The notes below the pieces were generated by a model, which worked only from the letters and a program-made list of their open reading frames with translations, had not been told where the DNA came from and did not search any database. A stretch of DNA of 64,000 nucleotides from an uncultured Clostridia bacterium (GTDB lineage: Bacteria; Bacillota_I; Bacilli_A; RF39; UBA660): assembly GCA_947165135.1 (NCBI GenBank), contig CAMUZE010000004.1, positions 11,694-75,693 of the forward strand, written 5' to 3'. The position numbers and the translations under genes were made by a program. Shown here one piece after another: positions 29,253 through 38,153 of the stretch. Each line of letters opens with the position of its first letter. Within the stretch, counting starts at the first letter, position 1.

Positions 29253-30231
29253 ATTTTTCAAATTCAACAAATACATGATATTCTTTACCAAAAATAAAAC
29301 CACCTTCTGTATGATCAACTATTTCAGTAAATCCTTTAATTAATCTATATTTTCCTTTTGGAAGAGATGATATTAAATTATAGGTACGTTCATTTTCTTC
29401 AAACGGAGTTAAAATATAACCTATTGCAATAACGTTCATTTGAATATTAACATCATGCCACTTACCATCTACATATTCTTGCAAGTTATAACCTTCTCCA
29501 TATAAGAATTCTTTATCAGATATATTTTTAATTAATAGTTTTAAAACATTCCCATTAATATTTTTTATTTCAAACTTTATAGGATCATTATAATAACCGA
29601 GTTTTTTTAATAGTTCATTAAATTTAGAAGATGATTCTCCATAATACTTTATATTACCATAAAGTTCATTAATATTACTTAAAGTAACTTCGGCTTTATT
29701 TGTTTGAGTTTTCCACTCTATTTTTTCAATTTTAACTATAAGGGCAAGTATTATACTAGATTTTTCATGTAGTATATCATATTTGTTTACAATATTTCCC
29801 CAACCTTCTACTTCATAGTAATCGATTAATAATGTTTTATTTTTAATCTCATATTTATACTTTCCATATAAATCCAAATTTAGAACATGTAATAAATCAT
29901 ATACAGAATTTTTGTAACTAAACAAATAAGATGATTCATAAGTGTCTTTTAAATCATTTACATTTGTATCATTTATACAAGTATCATCTATTTTCATACT
30001 ATAAAAACCGAAATGAATAGACTCATCACCACTCAATGTATTACATTTTATTATTTTATAAAGTGGACCAAAATATTCCTTAGTTCCCCCGTCAAAATAT
30101 TTAAGAGTTTTAAATATAAAAATTGGTTCTTTATTTTTTTTAACTCTATAAGAATCTATTAAACACATAGATATAAATATAATTAAAACTATACTTATAA
30201 TTAATATTATTTTCTTTTTCATGCTATCCAT
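29251..30231 (-). CDS. Hypothetical secreted/anchored protein, last gene of the ECF sigma operon
   Basis: 326 aa with an N-terminal TM segment. The N-terminal module (DSYRVKKNKEPIFIF...DGGTKEYFGPLYKII) resembles the upstream 104-aa protein. The C-terminal module ends LPKGKYRLIKGF...YHVFVEFEK. Confidence 0.5.
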   Translation of the reverse strand: MDSMKKKIILIISIVLIIFISMCLIDSYRVKKNKEPIFIFKTLKYFDGGTKEYFGPLYKIIKCNTLSGDESIHFGFYSMKIDDTCINDTNVNDLKDTYESSYLFSYKNSVYDLLHVLNLDLYGKYKYEIKNKTLLIDYYEVEGWGNIVNKYDILHEKSSIILALIVKIEKIEWKTQTNKAEVTLSNINELYGNIKYYGESSSKFNELLKKLGYYNDPIKFEIKNINGNVLKLLIKNISDKEFLYGEGYNLQEYVDGKWHDVNIQMNVIAIGYILTPFEENERTYNLISSLPKGKYRLIKGFTEIVDHTEGGFIFGKEYHVFVEFEK

Positions 30232-30533
30232 CCCCTTATAAGGAATTTATCAAATAGCCAAAATTCCTCGTGTATTAAATAAAATATTTTATTATCCTCG
30301 CTACTCTGTTCACCTAAAATATATTCTCTTTTAATTCTATATCCCAAACCAATACAATCTTCTTTATAATTGCTTATATGTTCAATTTTATCATCTGTGC
30401 ATGTACCACCAAGTTTTATTAATGGAGAACCTTTTCCATTTTGTAATCTAATAGATTCTTCAAATATAAAAACTGCATATAGGAAAGATACACTAACTAT
30501 TATTAATAATAATATTTTTAATACTTTTTTCAT
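30219..30533 (-). CDS. Hypothetical small secreted/anchored protein
   Basis: 104 aa. It has an N-terminal TM segment, then ESIRLQNGKGSPLIKLGG...GLGYRIKREY. It overlaps the next gene by 13 nt. Confidence 0.45.
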   Translation of the reverse strand: MKKVLKILLLIIVSVSFLYAVFIFEESIRLQNGKGSPLIKLGGTCTDDKIEHISNYKEDCIGLGYRIKREYILGEQSSEDNKIFYLIHEEFWLFDKFLIRGWIA

Positions 30534-30543
30534 ACTTTACTCC

Positions 30544-31209
30544 TTATTCTGTAATAACTCTGATAAAATTAATAAGCTCTTCTTTAGAAATATTTTCAGA
30601 TTGGATAAATACATTATAGCCCATATATTTAAAAGCTGTCCTAAAAATATTATCTTCTTCTTTAATTATTATATCATTTATGTTTATTATTTTAAAATCA
30701 CTACTACCAAAATAATCATTGAATGGTATATACTCTTTTGAAAATGATATTTTTAATAACCTATCATCATCGGAAGTAAATATAATATTGTTTTCATGTA
30801 AAATAGTATACAAATTGTTATCATCTTTAATGTATAATTCATATATTTTCATATTTTTTAAATCAGTTAGACTTTTAAATGTTGTGATACTATCAATAAA
30901 GTTATAGTTATTTGAACTTGTAGTACTATAGTTTTTAGAAACATCATTATTTTTTAAAGTAATATCTTTTATAATATAATCTTTTGAGTCTTCAATATTA
31001 AAAGTATGAACATTTTCAGATTCAAATGTTTTATTTTTAAATTTATAAATAAATGTAAAAGAAATTATTAATGCAATTAAAACTCCAAATGAATACTTTA
31101 TTATTTTACTGGTGGTATTTTTTTTATAATTGTTTATTACGTTATTATATATTTTCTCCTTATTTATTTTTTCACCCATTATTTTTTTAATTATTTCATT
31201 ATTAGACAT
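30544..31209 (-). CDS. Putative single-pass anti-sigma factor
   Basis: It has a short cytoplasmic N-terminus, one TM segment (YSFGVLIALIISFTFIY) and an extracytoplasmic domain. The start ATG at 31209 overlaps the sigma gene stop by 8 nt (ATGTCTAA). The call rests on context only. Confidence 0.45.
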   Translation of the reverse strand: MSNNEIIKKIMGEKINKEKIYNNVINNYKKNTTSKIIKYSFGVLIALIISFTFIYKFKNKTFESENVHTFNIEDSKDYIIKDITLKNNDVSKNYSTTSSNNYNFIDSITTFKSLTDLKNMKIYELYIKDDNNLYTILHENNIIFTSDDDRLLKISFSKEYIPFNDYFGSSDFKIININDIIIKEEDNIFRTAFKYMGYNVFIQSENISKEELINFIRVITE

Positions 31210-31744
31210 TTTTATCACCTTCACTTTCAATAAGAAATGATAATTCATTTAATGTTCTATATATATAATGTTTTACATTACTTTGACTAATATTTAACAA
31301 TTTAGCAATTTCTCTAATTGATAATCCTAAATAATAGTATAAATAAAATATTTTAAAAATAATTATTTTTTTACGTTTTAAATATTCCCATAACCTATCA
31401 ACATCATATTTATTTATAATTGTTTTTTCTAAATTAAAATTTGATGGTATTCTTTCAAAAGCTTCCTCTTTATCATTCATGAATATTGATATAATTTTAT
31501 CTTTATATCTAAACCTATAATAATCTTTTACTTTGTTTTTGGCTATACCAATTATATACGAAATGTCTATATTAGTATTTCGTTTAATACATTTAAATAC
31601 ATCAATATATATATTTTGAAGTATGTCATCAACATCATCTATTTTAGAGCAATTTAAAACAACATATTTAGAAACTTCTAAATAACTCTCATCATATATT
31701 TTACTAAATTTATTTAAGGCGACATTATCAATCATTATTTTCAC
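31202..31744 (-). CDS. ECF-type sigma-70 family sigma factor
   Basis: 180 aa. It has region 2 (DDILQNIYIDVFKCI) and a region 4 HTH (LSIREIAKLLNISQSNVKHYIYRTLNEL). Confidence 0.75.
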   Translation of the reverse strand: MKIMIDNVALNKFSKIYDESYLEVSKYVVLNCSKIDDVDDILQNIYIDVFKCIKRNTNIDISYIIGIAKNKVKDYYRFRYKDKIISIFMNDKEEAFERIPSNFNLEKTIINKYDVDRLWEYLKRKKIIIFKIFYLYYYLGLSIREIAKLLNISQSNVKHYIYRTLNELSFLIESEGDKNV

Positions 31745-31840
31745 CTCTATTATTATAGTCGTAAATATAATCCATAAAGTTCCAAATTACGTAATAATTA
31801 ATATAATTATACTATTTTTTTGTATTTAATTAATTTTTTC

Positions 31841-31870
31841 TTGACTTATAATTAATTTATATGCTAATAT
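31841..31870 (+). promoter_or_regulatory. Candidate promoter for the solitary tRNA-Ala gene
   Basis: TTGACT, an 18-nt spacer, then TGCTAATAT (extended -10), about 35 nt upstream of the mature tRNA 5' end. Confidence 0.45.
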
Positions 31871-31905
31871 TAATATGCTTGATTATTATCAAGTGCCTAC
31901 CTAAT

Positions 31906-31982
31906 GGGGAATTAGCTCAGTTGGCTAGAGCACCTGCCCTGCACGCAGGGGGTCAAGGGTTCAAGTCCCTTATTCTCCACCA
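31906..31982 (+). tRNA. tRNA-Ala (anticodon UGC), CCA encoded
   Basis: The acceptor stem is GGGGAAT/ATTCTCC with the G3:U70 Ala identity pair. The anticodon stem is CCTGC/GCAGG with loop CCTGCAC. The T arm is AAGGG-TTCAAGT-CCCTT. Confidence 0.85.
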
Positions 31983-31992
31983 TTAAGAAAAT

Positions 31993-32016
31993 AAGCACTC
32001 ATTTGAGTGCTTTTTT
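31993..32016. terminator. Bidirectional terminator (tRNA-Ala and yvcK ends)
   Basis: The hairpin aagcactc/attt/gagtgctt is followed by TTTT. It overlaps the yvcK stop. Confidence 0.6.
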
Positions 32017-32956
32017 ATTCTGCTAAAATGTTCATTATTTCAAGTCCAAGTTTAACAGTATCATGCTTTAATGTATTATCAACATCTAATTTAACCAATG
32101 GCTTACTTACATTCTTTATTTTTATATTTTTATTATCTACTACAACTAATGATTTTTGTTCAGTTGTTTCATATCTCATAAGTAATTCAGGATCAACTTT
32201 TTTACTATTAGTAATTACTACATCTAGTTTTCTTTTACCAAGATAACTATTAATTAGATTAATATGGTCACTTACTTTAAAGTTATCTGTTTCTCCTGGC
32301 TGAGTAAATAAGTTACATACATATATTATTTTTGATTTTGATTTATCGATTGCATCAATAACATCTTTACAAAGCAAATTCGGAATGACACTCGTGTAAA
32401 TACTTCCCATACTCAAGATAATTGCATCACTGTTTTTAATTTGTTTAATAACATCTTTATTAGCACGTGTTTCATCTTTATAGAAAACTCTTTTTATTTT
32501 TTTAGGAGTCTCAGTAATATTATGTTCTCCTTCAATTATTTCTCCGTCTTCCATTTCACCCATTAATGTTACACATTCATCTGTAAGCGGTAAAACGTTA
32601 CCTTTTAATTTTAGAGTTTTACTTACTTGTTTTACTCCACTTGATAAATCTCCACATATATCAATTAATGCAGTTAAAAGAATATTACCAACTGTATGTC
32701 CATCTAAATCACTTGTAGTATGAAAACGATAATTAACTAATTTTTCTACTATATCTTCAGTTTCAGAAAGTGCGATTAGAACACGTCTTACATCACCTAC
32801 TGCTGGAATATTAAATTCTTGTCTTAATTTACCAGTACTTTTTCCATCATCTGCTACACTTACAACTGCAGTTATATTGCATGGAAATTCTTTTAATCCT
32901 TTTAGAAGAACTGATTGTCCTGTTCCTCCACCTAAAACAACTATATTTTTATTCAT
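32015..32956 (-). CDS. yvcK: YvcK/CofD-like gluconeogenesis factor (UPF0052)
   Basis: It has the N-terminal motif IVVLGGGTGQSVLLKGLK, plus DDGKSTGKLR and GSIYTSVIPNLL. Confidence 0.85.
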   Translation of the reverse strand: MNKNIVVLGGGTGQSVLLKGLKEFPCNITAVVSVADDGKSTGKLRQEFNIPAVGDVRRVLIALSETEDIVEKLVNYRFHTTSDLDGHTVGNILLTALIDICGDLSSGVKQVSKTLKLKGNVLPLTDECVTLMGEMEDGEIIEGEHNITETPKKIKRVFYKDETRANKDVIKQIKNSDAIILSMGSIYTSVIPNLLCKDVIDAIDKSKSKIIYVCNLFTQPGETDNFKVSDHINLINSYLGKRKLDVVITNSKKVDPELLMRYETTEQKSLVVVDNKNIKIKNVSKPLVKLDVDNTLKHDTVKLGLEIMNILAE

Positions 32957-32957
32957 T

Positions 32958-33905
32958 TTAATTCTCCCCCATTACATAATACGCATAGTATTCTTCAAAA
33001 CATATATTATTTGATTTAATTATATTTGCTGCATCTTCTCCAACATATCTAAGTCTCCAAGTAAACTCATCAAATAAAGTTAAATCTTTTTTATCTTCTG
33101 TGAATCTAAATATAAAGCCATATCTATAAGCATTATTATAAAGCCATTTATATTCTTCACTATCTTTTGGATTATCATATACTTTATTATATGGAACTAT
33201 ATTAAACGATAGACCTGTTTCATACTCCGAATGTCCTGGTCTTGCTACACTAACATCTGCTTCACGAATCCCATATGTATTTTTATATTTATCATATAAA
33301 CTTTTTTGTTCTTTATAACTCCTATAACCATCAGATAATACAAATGTATATCCAGCTTCTTTAGCAGCATCTATCATATTGGTAATATTATCCACAATAC
33401 TTGAACTAATCTTAACACCATTATATGCATATTTAGATGACACTTTAACAATATCTTCTACTTCATAATCTGAATTTAAACCATAGAGTCTATTTACTAA
33501 CATTAAATTTCCTTTAGAGGTATCAGTCTGTTTTTCATTTTCCATCCAATCAATATTTGCTTCAGTATTAATAATTGCAACTATATTTGAATATGTTTCA
33601 TTTTTATGACTGTTTTTATAGTCTAAATAATCATCTAAATTTTTGTACATAAAATATTTTTCATTTAAAAAATCATCAAAATTTTCATTATATTCTTTTT
33701 TTAGTATGTCATCTATATAAATATTTTCTAATTTTTCTTTAATTATTTTAACTTCACTTTCATTATATCCAATAACACTTAATTTGTAATCATAAGTCTT
33801 TTTATATTTAGCATTTTTAATTAGAAGAATACTTCCAATGATAATAGATAGTAAAATAACTATGAATATGAAAAATCTATAATAATTAAATTTTCTAACT
33901 ACCAT
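32958..33905 (-). CDS. VanY-type D-alanyl-D-alanine carboxypeptidase (peptidase M15B), membrane anchored
   Basis: It has SDGYRSYKEQ, ARPGHSEYETGLS and WRLRYVG (the zinc ligands of M15) and an N-terminal TM segment. The start at 33905 is preceded by AGGTGA. Confidence 0.85.
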   Translation of the reverse strand: MVVRKFNYYRFFIFIVILLSIIIGSILLIKNAKYKKTYDYKLSVIGYNESEVKIIKEKLENIYIDDILKKEYNENFDDFLNEKYFMYKNLDDYLDYKNSHKNETYSNIVAIINTEANIDWMENEKQTDTSKGNLMLVNRLYGLNSDYEVEDIVKVSSKYAYNGVKISSSIVDNITNMIDAAKEAGYTFVLSDGYRSYKEQKSLYDKYKNTYGIREADVSVARPGHSEYETGLSFNIVPYNKVYDNPKDSEEYKWLYNNAYRYGFIFRFTEDKKDLTLFDEFTWRLRYVGEDAANIIKSNNICFEEYYAYYVMGEN

Positions 33906-33995
33906 ATTATCACCTAATACAATTATACAACACTTTTTTATTATAAAAAAATAAAATTGATATACAAATGTAAACAAAAATAGTTCTTTTTAGAA

Positions 33996-35402
33996 CTATT
34001 TTTCATATGTAGTACCCTCTCTACTATCTTTAAGTGTAATACCCATTTTTAAAAGACTATCTCTTATGTTATCCGAAATATCGAATCTTTTTTCACTTCT
34101 TGCATTGTTTCTAAGTTCAATAATATATTTGATTAATTCATCCTCTTTACTATCAGAATTATTAGATTTTTTAAATGATAAACCTAATATTGGTTCAACT
34201 ACTGTTTCAAATACTGATTTAATATTTTTAAGTTTATTTTCATCATTAGTAGTATTTATTAATTTAACAAGTTCATATACATAACTAATAGCAAGACTAG
34301 TATTAAAGTCATCATCCATAGCCTCTAAGAATTTATTTTTAATATCAATTATTTCTTTATCTTCAGTAAATTCACTATTCAAATTAGATAATTTAGAAAC
34401 AGCTCTTACTATTGATTCATAATTATCTTTTGCTTCATTTATTTTTGTATCATCAAAATCTGTAGGTCTTCTATAATGTGAAAGTAATGTATAAAATCTA
34501 ATTACTAATGGATCATATATATTAAATATATCTTTTAAGAACATTGAATTTCCAAGTGATTTACCCATTTTTTGACCATTAACAGTTACTAGATTATTAT
34601 GCATAAAGTATTTAACAAATGGTACTCCATTAGCTGCTTCACTTTGTGCGATTTCACATTCATGATGAGGAAACATATTATCTACTCCACCACCATGAAT
34701 ATCAAAAGTTTCACCAAGATATTTTTTTGACATAACAGAACATTCTATATGCCATCCAGGGTATCCTTCTCCCCATGGACTTGGCCAATGCATTAAATGA
34801 GTTTCATCAGCACTTTTCCATAAGGCAAAATCTTCTGGTCTTTTTTTGTCATCAGCAACATTTATTCTTTCACCACTAACTGTATCATCAAGATTTCTAT
34901 TAGATAGTTTACCATATTCTTTAAATTTACTAACATCATAATATACATTGTTATTTTCAGTTACATATGCATATCCTTTATCAACCAAAGTTTTAATCAT
35001 ATCAATTATTTCGATTATATGACCTGTTGCCCTACAAGAAATATCTGGTTTTAATATATTTAGTTTCTCCATGTCATTAAAATATGCTAGTTCATATTTA
35101 TATGCTATTTGATATGGATCTAACTGTTCAATCTTTGCTTGTTTTTCAATTTTAGATTCACCTTCATCTGCATCTTTTAGGAGGTGTCCAACATCAGTTA
35201 TATTTTGAACATATTTAACATTATATTCTTTGAACTTTAAATATCTATAAACAGTGTCAAAACTAATATAACTTTTTGCATGACCTAAATGAGGATAACC
35301 ATATACAGTTGGCCCACACACATACATTCCAACATTATTTCCATGTAAAGGAATAAATTCTTCTTTTTCACGTGTAAATGTATTATATACTTTTAATGAC
35401 AT
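33996..35402 (-). CDS. cysS: Cysteine--tRNA ligase
   Basis: It has the HIGH-type motif HLGHA, the KMSKS-type motif KMGKS, and GWHIECS with HGGGVDNMFPHHE. The start MSLKVYNT at 35402 is preceded by GAGGTG. Confidence 0.93.
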   Translation of the reverse strand: MSLKVYNTFTREKEEFIPLHGNNVGMYVCGPTVYGYPHLGHAKSYISFDTVYRYLKFKEYNVKYVQNITDVGHLLKDADEGESKIEKQAKIEQLDPYQIAYKYELAYFNDMEKLNILKPDISCRATGHIIEIIDMIKTLVDKGYAYVTENNNVYYDVSKFKEYGKLSNRNLDDTVSGERINVADDKKRPEDFALWKSADETHLMHWPSPWGEGYPGWHIECSVMSKKYLGETFDIHGGGVDNMFPHHECEIAQSEAANGVPFVKYFMHNNLVTVNGQKMGKSLGNSMFLKDIFNIYDPLVIRFYTLLSHYRRPTDFDDTKINEAKDNYESIVRAVSKLSNLNSEFTEDKEIIDIKNKFLEAMDDDFNTSLAISYVYELVKLINTTNDENKLKNIKSVFETVVEPILGLSFKKSNNSDSKEDELIKYIIELRNNARSEKRFDISDNIRDSLLKMGITLKDSREGTTYEK

Positions 35403-35443
35403 ATTTTTCACCTCTACTACTATATATTATCATATTTTATTCA

Positions 35444-35469
35444 TTTAAAAAAGAAGAATTACTCTTCTT
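35444..35469 (-). terminator. Candidate terminator overlapping the recA 3' end
   Basis: On the minus strand the hairpin AAGAAGA-GTAAT-TCTTCTT is followed by TTTTTAAA. The recA stop codon lies in the loop. Confidence 0.45.
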
Positions 35470-36493
35470 CTTTATTTTCACCTTTTTTTGCTTTGCTTTC
35501 TTTTTCGCTGCCGAACATATCTGTTCTTACTTTTTCCTCAATTTCTTTATAAAGTTCAGGATTATTTTTAAATACTAATTTTACATTTTCTTTTCCTTGA
35601 CCAATTTTTTCACCTTTATAGCTAAACCATGCACCACTCTTATCAATTATTCCCATATTAGAAGCAATATCTACAACTTCTCCTTCTTTTGAAATACCTT
35701 CACCATACATTATTTCTACTTCTGCAGTTTTGAATGGAGGTGCTACTTTATTTTTAACTACTTTAATAATTGTTTTATTTCCAAGAACATCGCCATTTAC
35801 TTTAATTTGTTCTCCACGTCTAACATCAAGTCTAACTGTTGAATAGAATTTTAATGCTCTTCCTCCAGGAGTTGTTTCAGGGTTTCCAAACATAATTCCA
35901 ACTTTTTCTCTTAATTGATTAATAAATATACAAATAGTATTAGTTTTATTAACAATACCACTTAATTTTCTAAGTGCTTGTGACATTAATCTTGCTTGAA
36001 GTCCAACATGAGAGTCTCCCATTTCACCCTCAATTTCAGCTTGTGGAACTAAAGCGGCTACAGAGTCAACTACGATTATACTCATTGCTCCACTTCTTAC
36101 TAATGCCTCAACTATTTCTAATGCTTGTTCCCCAGTATCAGGTTGACTTAATAATAGTTCATCTGTGTCAACACCTAATTTCTTAGCATATACAGGATCT
36201 AGAGCATGCTCTGCATCAATAAATGCTGCTCTTCCTCCAAGTTTTTGAACTTCAGCAATTGCATGTAATGCAATCGTAGTTTTACCACTTGATTCAGGTC
36301 CAAATATTTCAATAATTCTTCCTTTTGGATAACCTCCAACACCTAAGGCTTGATCTAGTGCAAGTGAACCACTTGATACTACATCTATATTTCTAACTCC
36401 TTTTTCTCCTAATTTCATAATAGCGCCTTTACCGAATTGTTTTTCGATATCAGCTAGTACTTGATCTAATGTTTTGTCTTTGTCTTTTTTCAT
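35459..36493 (-). CDS. recA: Recombinase RecA
   Basis: It has Walker [26 protein letters not shown] and [11 protein letters not shown]. It is very highly conserved. Confidence 0.97.
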   Translation of the reverse strand: MKKDKDKTLDQVLADIEKQFGKGAIMKLGEKGVRNIDVVSSGSLALDQALGVGGYPKGRIIEIFGPESSGKTTIALHAIAEVQKLGGRAAFIDAEHALDPVYAKKLGVDTDELLLSQPDTGEQALEIVEALVRSGAMSIIVVDSVAALVPQAEIEGEMGDSHVGLQARLMSQALRKLSGIVNKTNTICIFINQLREKVGIMFGNPETTPGGRALKFYSTVRLDVRRGEQIKVNGDVLGNKTIIKVVKNKVAPPFKTAEVEIMYGEGISKEGEVVDIASNMGIIDKSGAWFSYKGEKIGQGKENVKLVFKNNPELYKEIEEKVRTDMFGSEKESKAKKGENKEEE

Positions 36494-36516
36494 ACGTATT
36501 CTCCTTCGATAATTTA

Positions 36517-36545
36517 ATTGTAAAACAAAAGATATGCTTTGTCAA
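36517..36545 (-). promoter_or_regulatory. Near-consensus sigma-A promoter of recA
   Basis: The minus strand reads TTGACA, a 17-nt spacer, then TACAAT, about 24 nt upstream of the AAGGAG RBS and the ATG at 36493. Confidence 0.6.
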
Positions 36546-36554
36546 CACTTTTTT

Positions 36555-36570
36555 GCAAACAAAAGTTTGC
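36555..36570. promoter_or_regulatory. Perfect palindrome GCAAAC-N4-GTTTGC just upstream of the recA -35 (candidate LexA/SOS-type operator)
   Basis: It is a 16-bp perfect inverted repeat 9 nt upstream of the -35 box. It resembles the Firmicute Cheo box GAAC-N4-GTTC, with A/T in place of the outer G/C. Confidence 0.4.
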
Positions 36571-36687
36571 TAATAATTTAATTATTAGATTTATATGTTT
36601 TTCATAATTAAATTTTATAAAAAAAAATACCTTTTATTATTGAATAATTGGCATTTTTATTGTGTGAAAATTTAATTTTATGTTTTT

Positions 36688-37284
36688 TTACATATTATCA
36701 GTTAAGTATTTTTTATTCTTAGTATAATATTGTATTCCACTAATAATAGATAAAATTGTTGCAATAATAATTATTACTTTTGATACATGTACATTCATTA
36801 ATGAGAATGGTAAGTCATAGAAGAATAAAAGTACAATTCCAGTTAACATACATGCTGTTTTAACTTTACCTGCCTTAGATGCTCCAACCGCACCAGATTT
36901 ACGTCCTGCTACCATCTTAATTGAATCAACAATAATATCTCTAGATACTATAATAATCGGTATAATTGTTGGAATAAATCCTTCTACTGCAAGAATAATT
37001 AAAACACCATTTACTAGAATTTTATCTGCTATAGCATCTAATACTTTACCCATATCAGTTACCATATTATATTTACGAGCTAAATGTCCATCTAAAAAGT
37101 CAGTCAAAGATGCAATTAAGAATATAACACCACAAATTAGATATTTACTATCGATAATTAGTTTTCCTGCTAATTGAAATTCTGGAAAACTAATTCCAAT
37201 CTTATCTATTGGAAAAACCATAATTATCAAAAGTAATACTGATAATGCAATTCTACAAATTGTTATTTTGTTAGGAATATTCAT
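36688..37284 (-). CDS. pgsA: CDP-diacylglycerol--glycerol-3-phosphate 3-phosphatidyltransferase
   Basis: It has the CDP-alcohol phosphotransferase motif DFLDGHLARKYNMVTDMGKVLDAIADK. The start is MNIPNKIT at 37284. Confidence 0.9.
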   Translation of the reverse strand: MNIPNKITICRIALSVLLLIIMVFPIDKIGISFPEFQLAGKLIIDSKYLICGVIFLIASLTDFLDGHLARKYNMVTDMGKVLDAIADKILVNGVLIILAVEGFIPTIIPIIIVSRDIIVDSIKMVAGRKSGAVGASKAGKVKTACMLTGIVLLFFYDLPFSLMNVHVSKVIIIIATILSIISGIQYYTKNKKYLTDNM

Positions 37285-37285
37285 C

Positions 37286-37780
37286 TTAAATAATGCTCCT
37301 TTCAACTATATTATAATTAATACTATTCTTATTAACATGTTTATCTGTTATATATTTTATTAGAAATAAAATCAATATAACAATAATAACCACAATAACA
37401 GTAAATATTATTGTCATTTTATTAGAACTACTCTTTTTCTTAACAGTATATGGTGAAACTATTTTATTTTCATTATTTTGACTTTCTAAAATATTGATTT
37501 CTCTCGTTTGCTCAAGTATTTCATCAACAGGTATTTTTGAAGTATAACTAAATATAAAATCATTAAATTTATCAATATTAGCTTCTTCATCTAAATTTAA
37601 ATATCTTGAATATTTTCTAATCATTTCTTTTAGAAAAAAAACATCTTTAAAAGCGTTTACATTTCCATCTTCTAAATTATCTAATTGACTTTCAGTTATA
37701 TTTAAATCTTTTACTACCTCTTCTTTAGAAATACCAATAGTTTCTCTTGCATTTCTGAAACTTTCTCCTATTTCTTTCAC
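37286..37780 (-). CDS. RodZ/YmfM-like HTH membrane protein
   Basis: It has an XRE-type HTH (IGESFRNARETIGISKEEVVKDLNITESQL), a linker and one TM segment. It lies upstream of pgsA, as ymfM does in Bacillus. I place the start at GTG 37780 with AGGAG 7 nt upstream; the ORF-track extension to 37846 runs into rnpB. Confidence 0.6.
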   Translation of the reverse strand: MKEIGESFRNARETIGISKEEVVKDLNITESQLDNLEDGNVNAFKDVFFLKEMIRKYSRYLNLDEEANIDKFNDFIFSYTSKIPVDEILEQTREINILESQNNENKIVSPYTVKKKSSSNKMTIIFTVIVVIIVILILFLIKYITDKHVNKNSINYNIVERSII

Positions 37781-37790
37781 TTTAATTCTC

Positions 37791-38138
37791 CTATTAATAA
37801 TAATTTTTAATAAGCCATGTTCTGTACCCGAATGGGTGACAAACATTTATCTAAGAGCTTCCTCTTCCCTTACTCATTTCATTTCATTTGTAAGAGCTCC
37901 CCTACCAAATTTGGGTTTCTCACTCGTGGGGTTTACCGCGTTCCACAATAATTATTCCTAATTATCTCGTCTCTATGGCACTTTATGGTTAACATAATCA
38001 GTTCTTGATTACTTCACCGCCGTTAGTACTAAGTACTACCCAAGGTTATTTTTTTCCTTGGCACGAACATTTTCATTCATCTCAGAATGAGTGAGCATGG
38101 ACTTTCCTCTACTAATAATTATATGTAATTATTAATAG
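37791..38138 (-). ncRNA. rnpB: RNase P RNA (bacterial)
   Basis: The minus strand carries the universal P4 strands AGAGGAAAGTCC (38112..38101) and ACAGAACATGGCTTA (37825..37811). It also has a P1 pairing CTATTAATAA/TTATTAATAG (38138..38129 with 37800..37791). Local GC is raised, and it is adjacent to gpsB as in B. subtilis. The ends are approximate. Confidence 0.85.
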
Positions 38139-38153
38139 CGTTTGTCTAAAAAA

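Noticed and set aside
37781-37846. N-terminal extension of the rodZ-like ORF (MFVTHSGTEHGLLKIIINRRIK) given by the ORF track.
   Set aside because: It lies inside the RNase P RNA (P4 3' strand and P1). A GTG at 37780 with AGGAG 7 nt upstream is a much better start.
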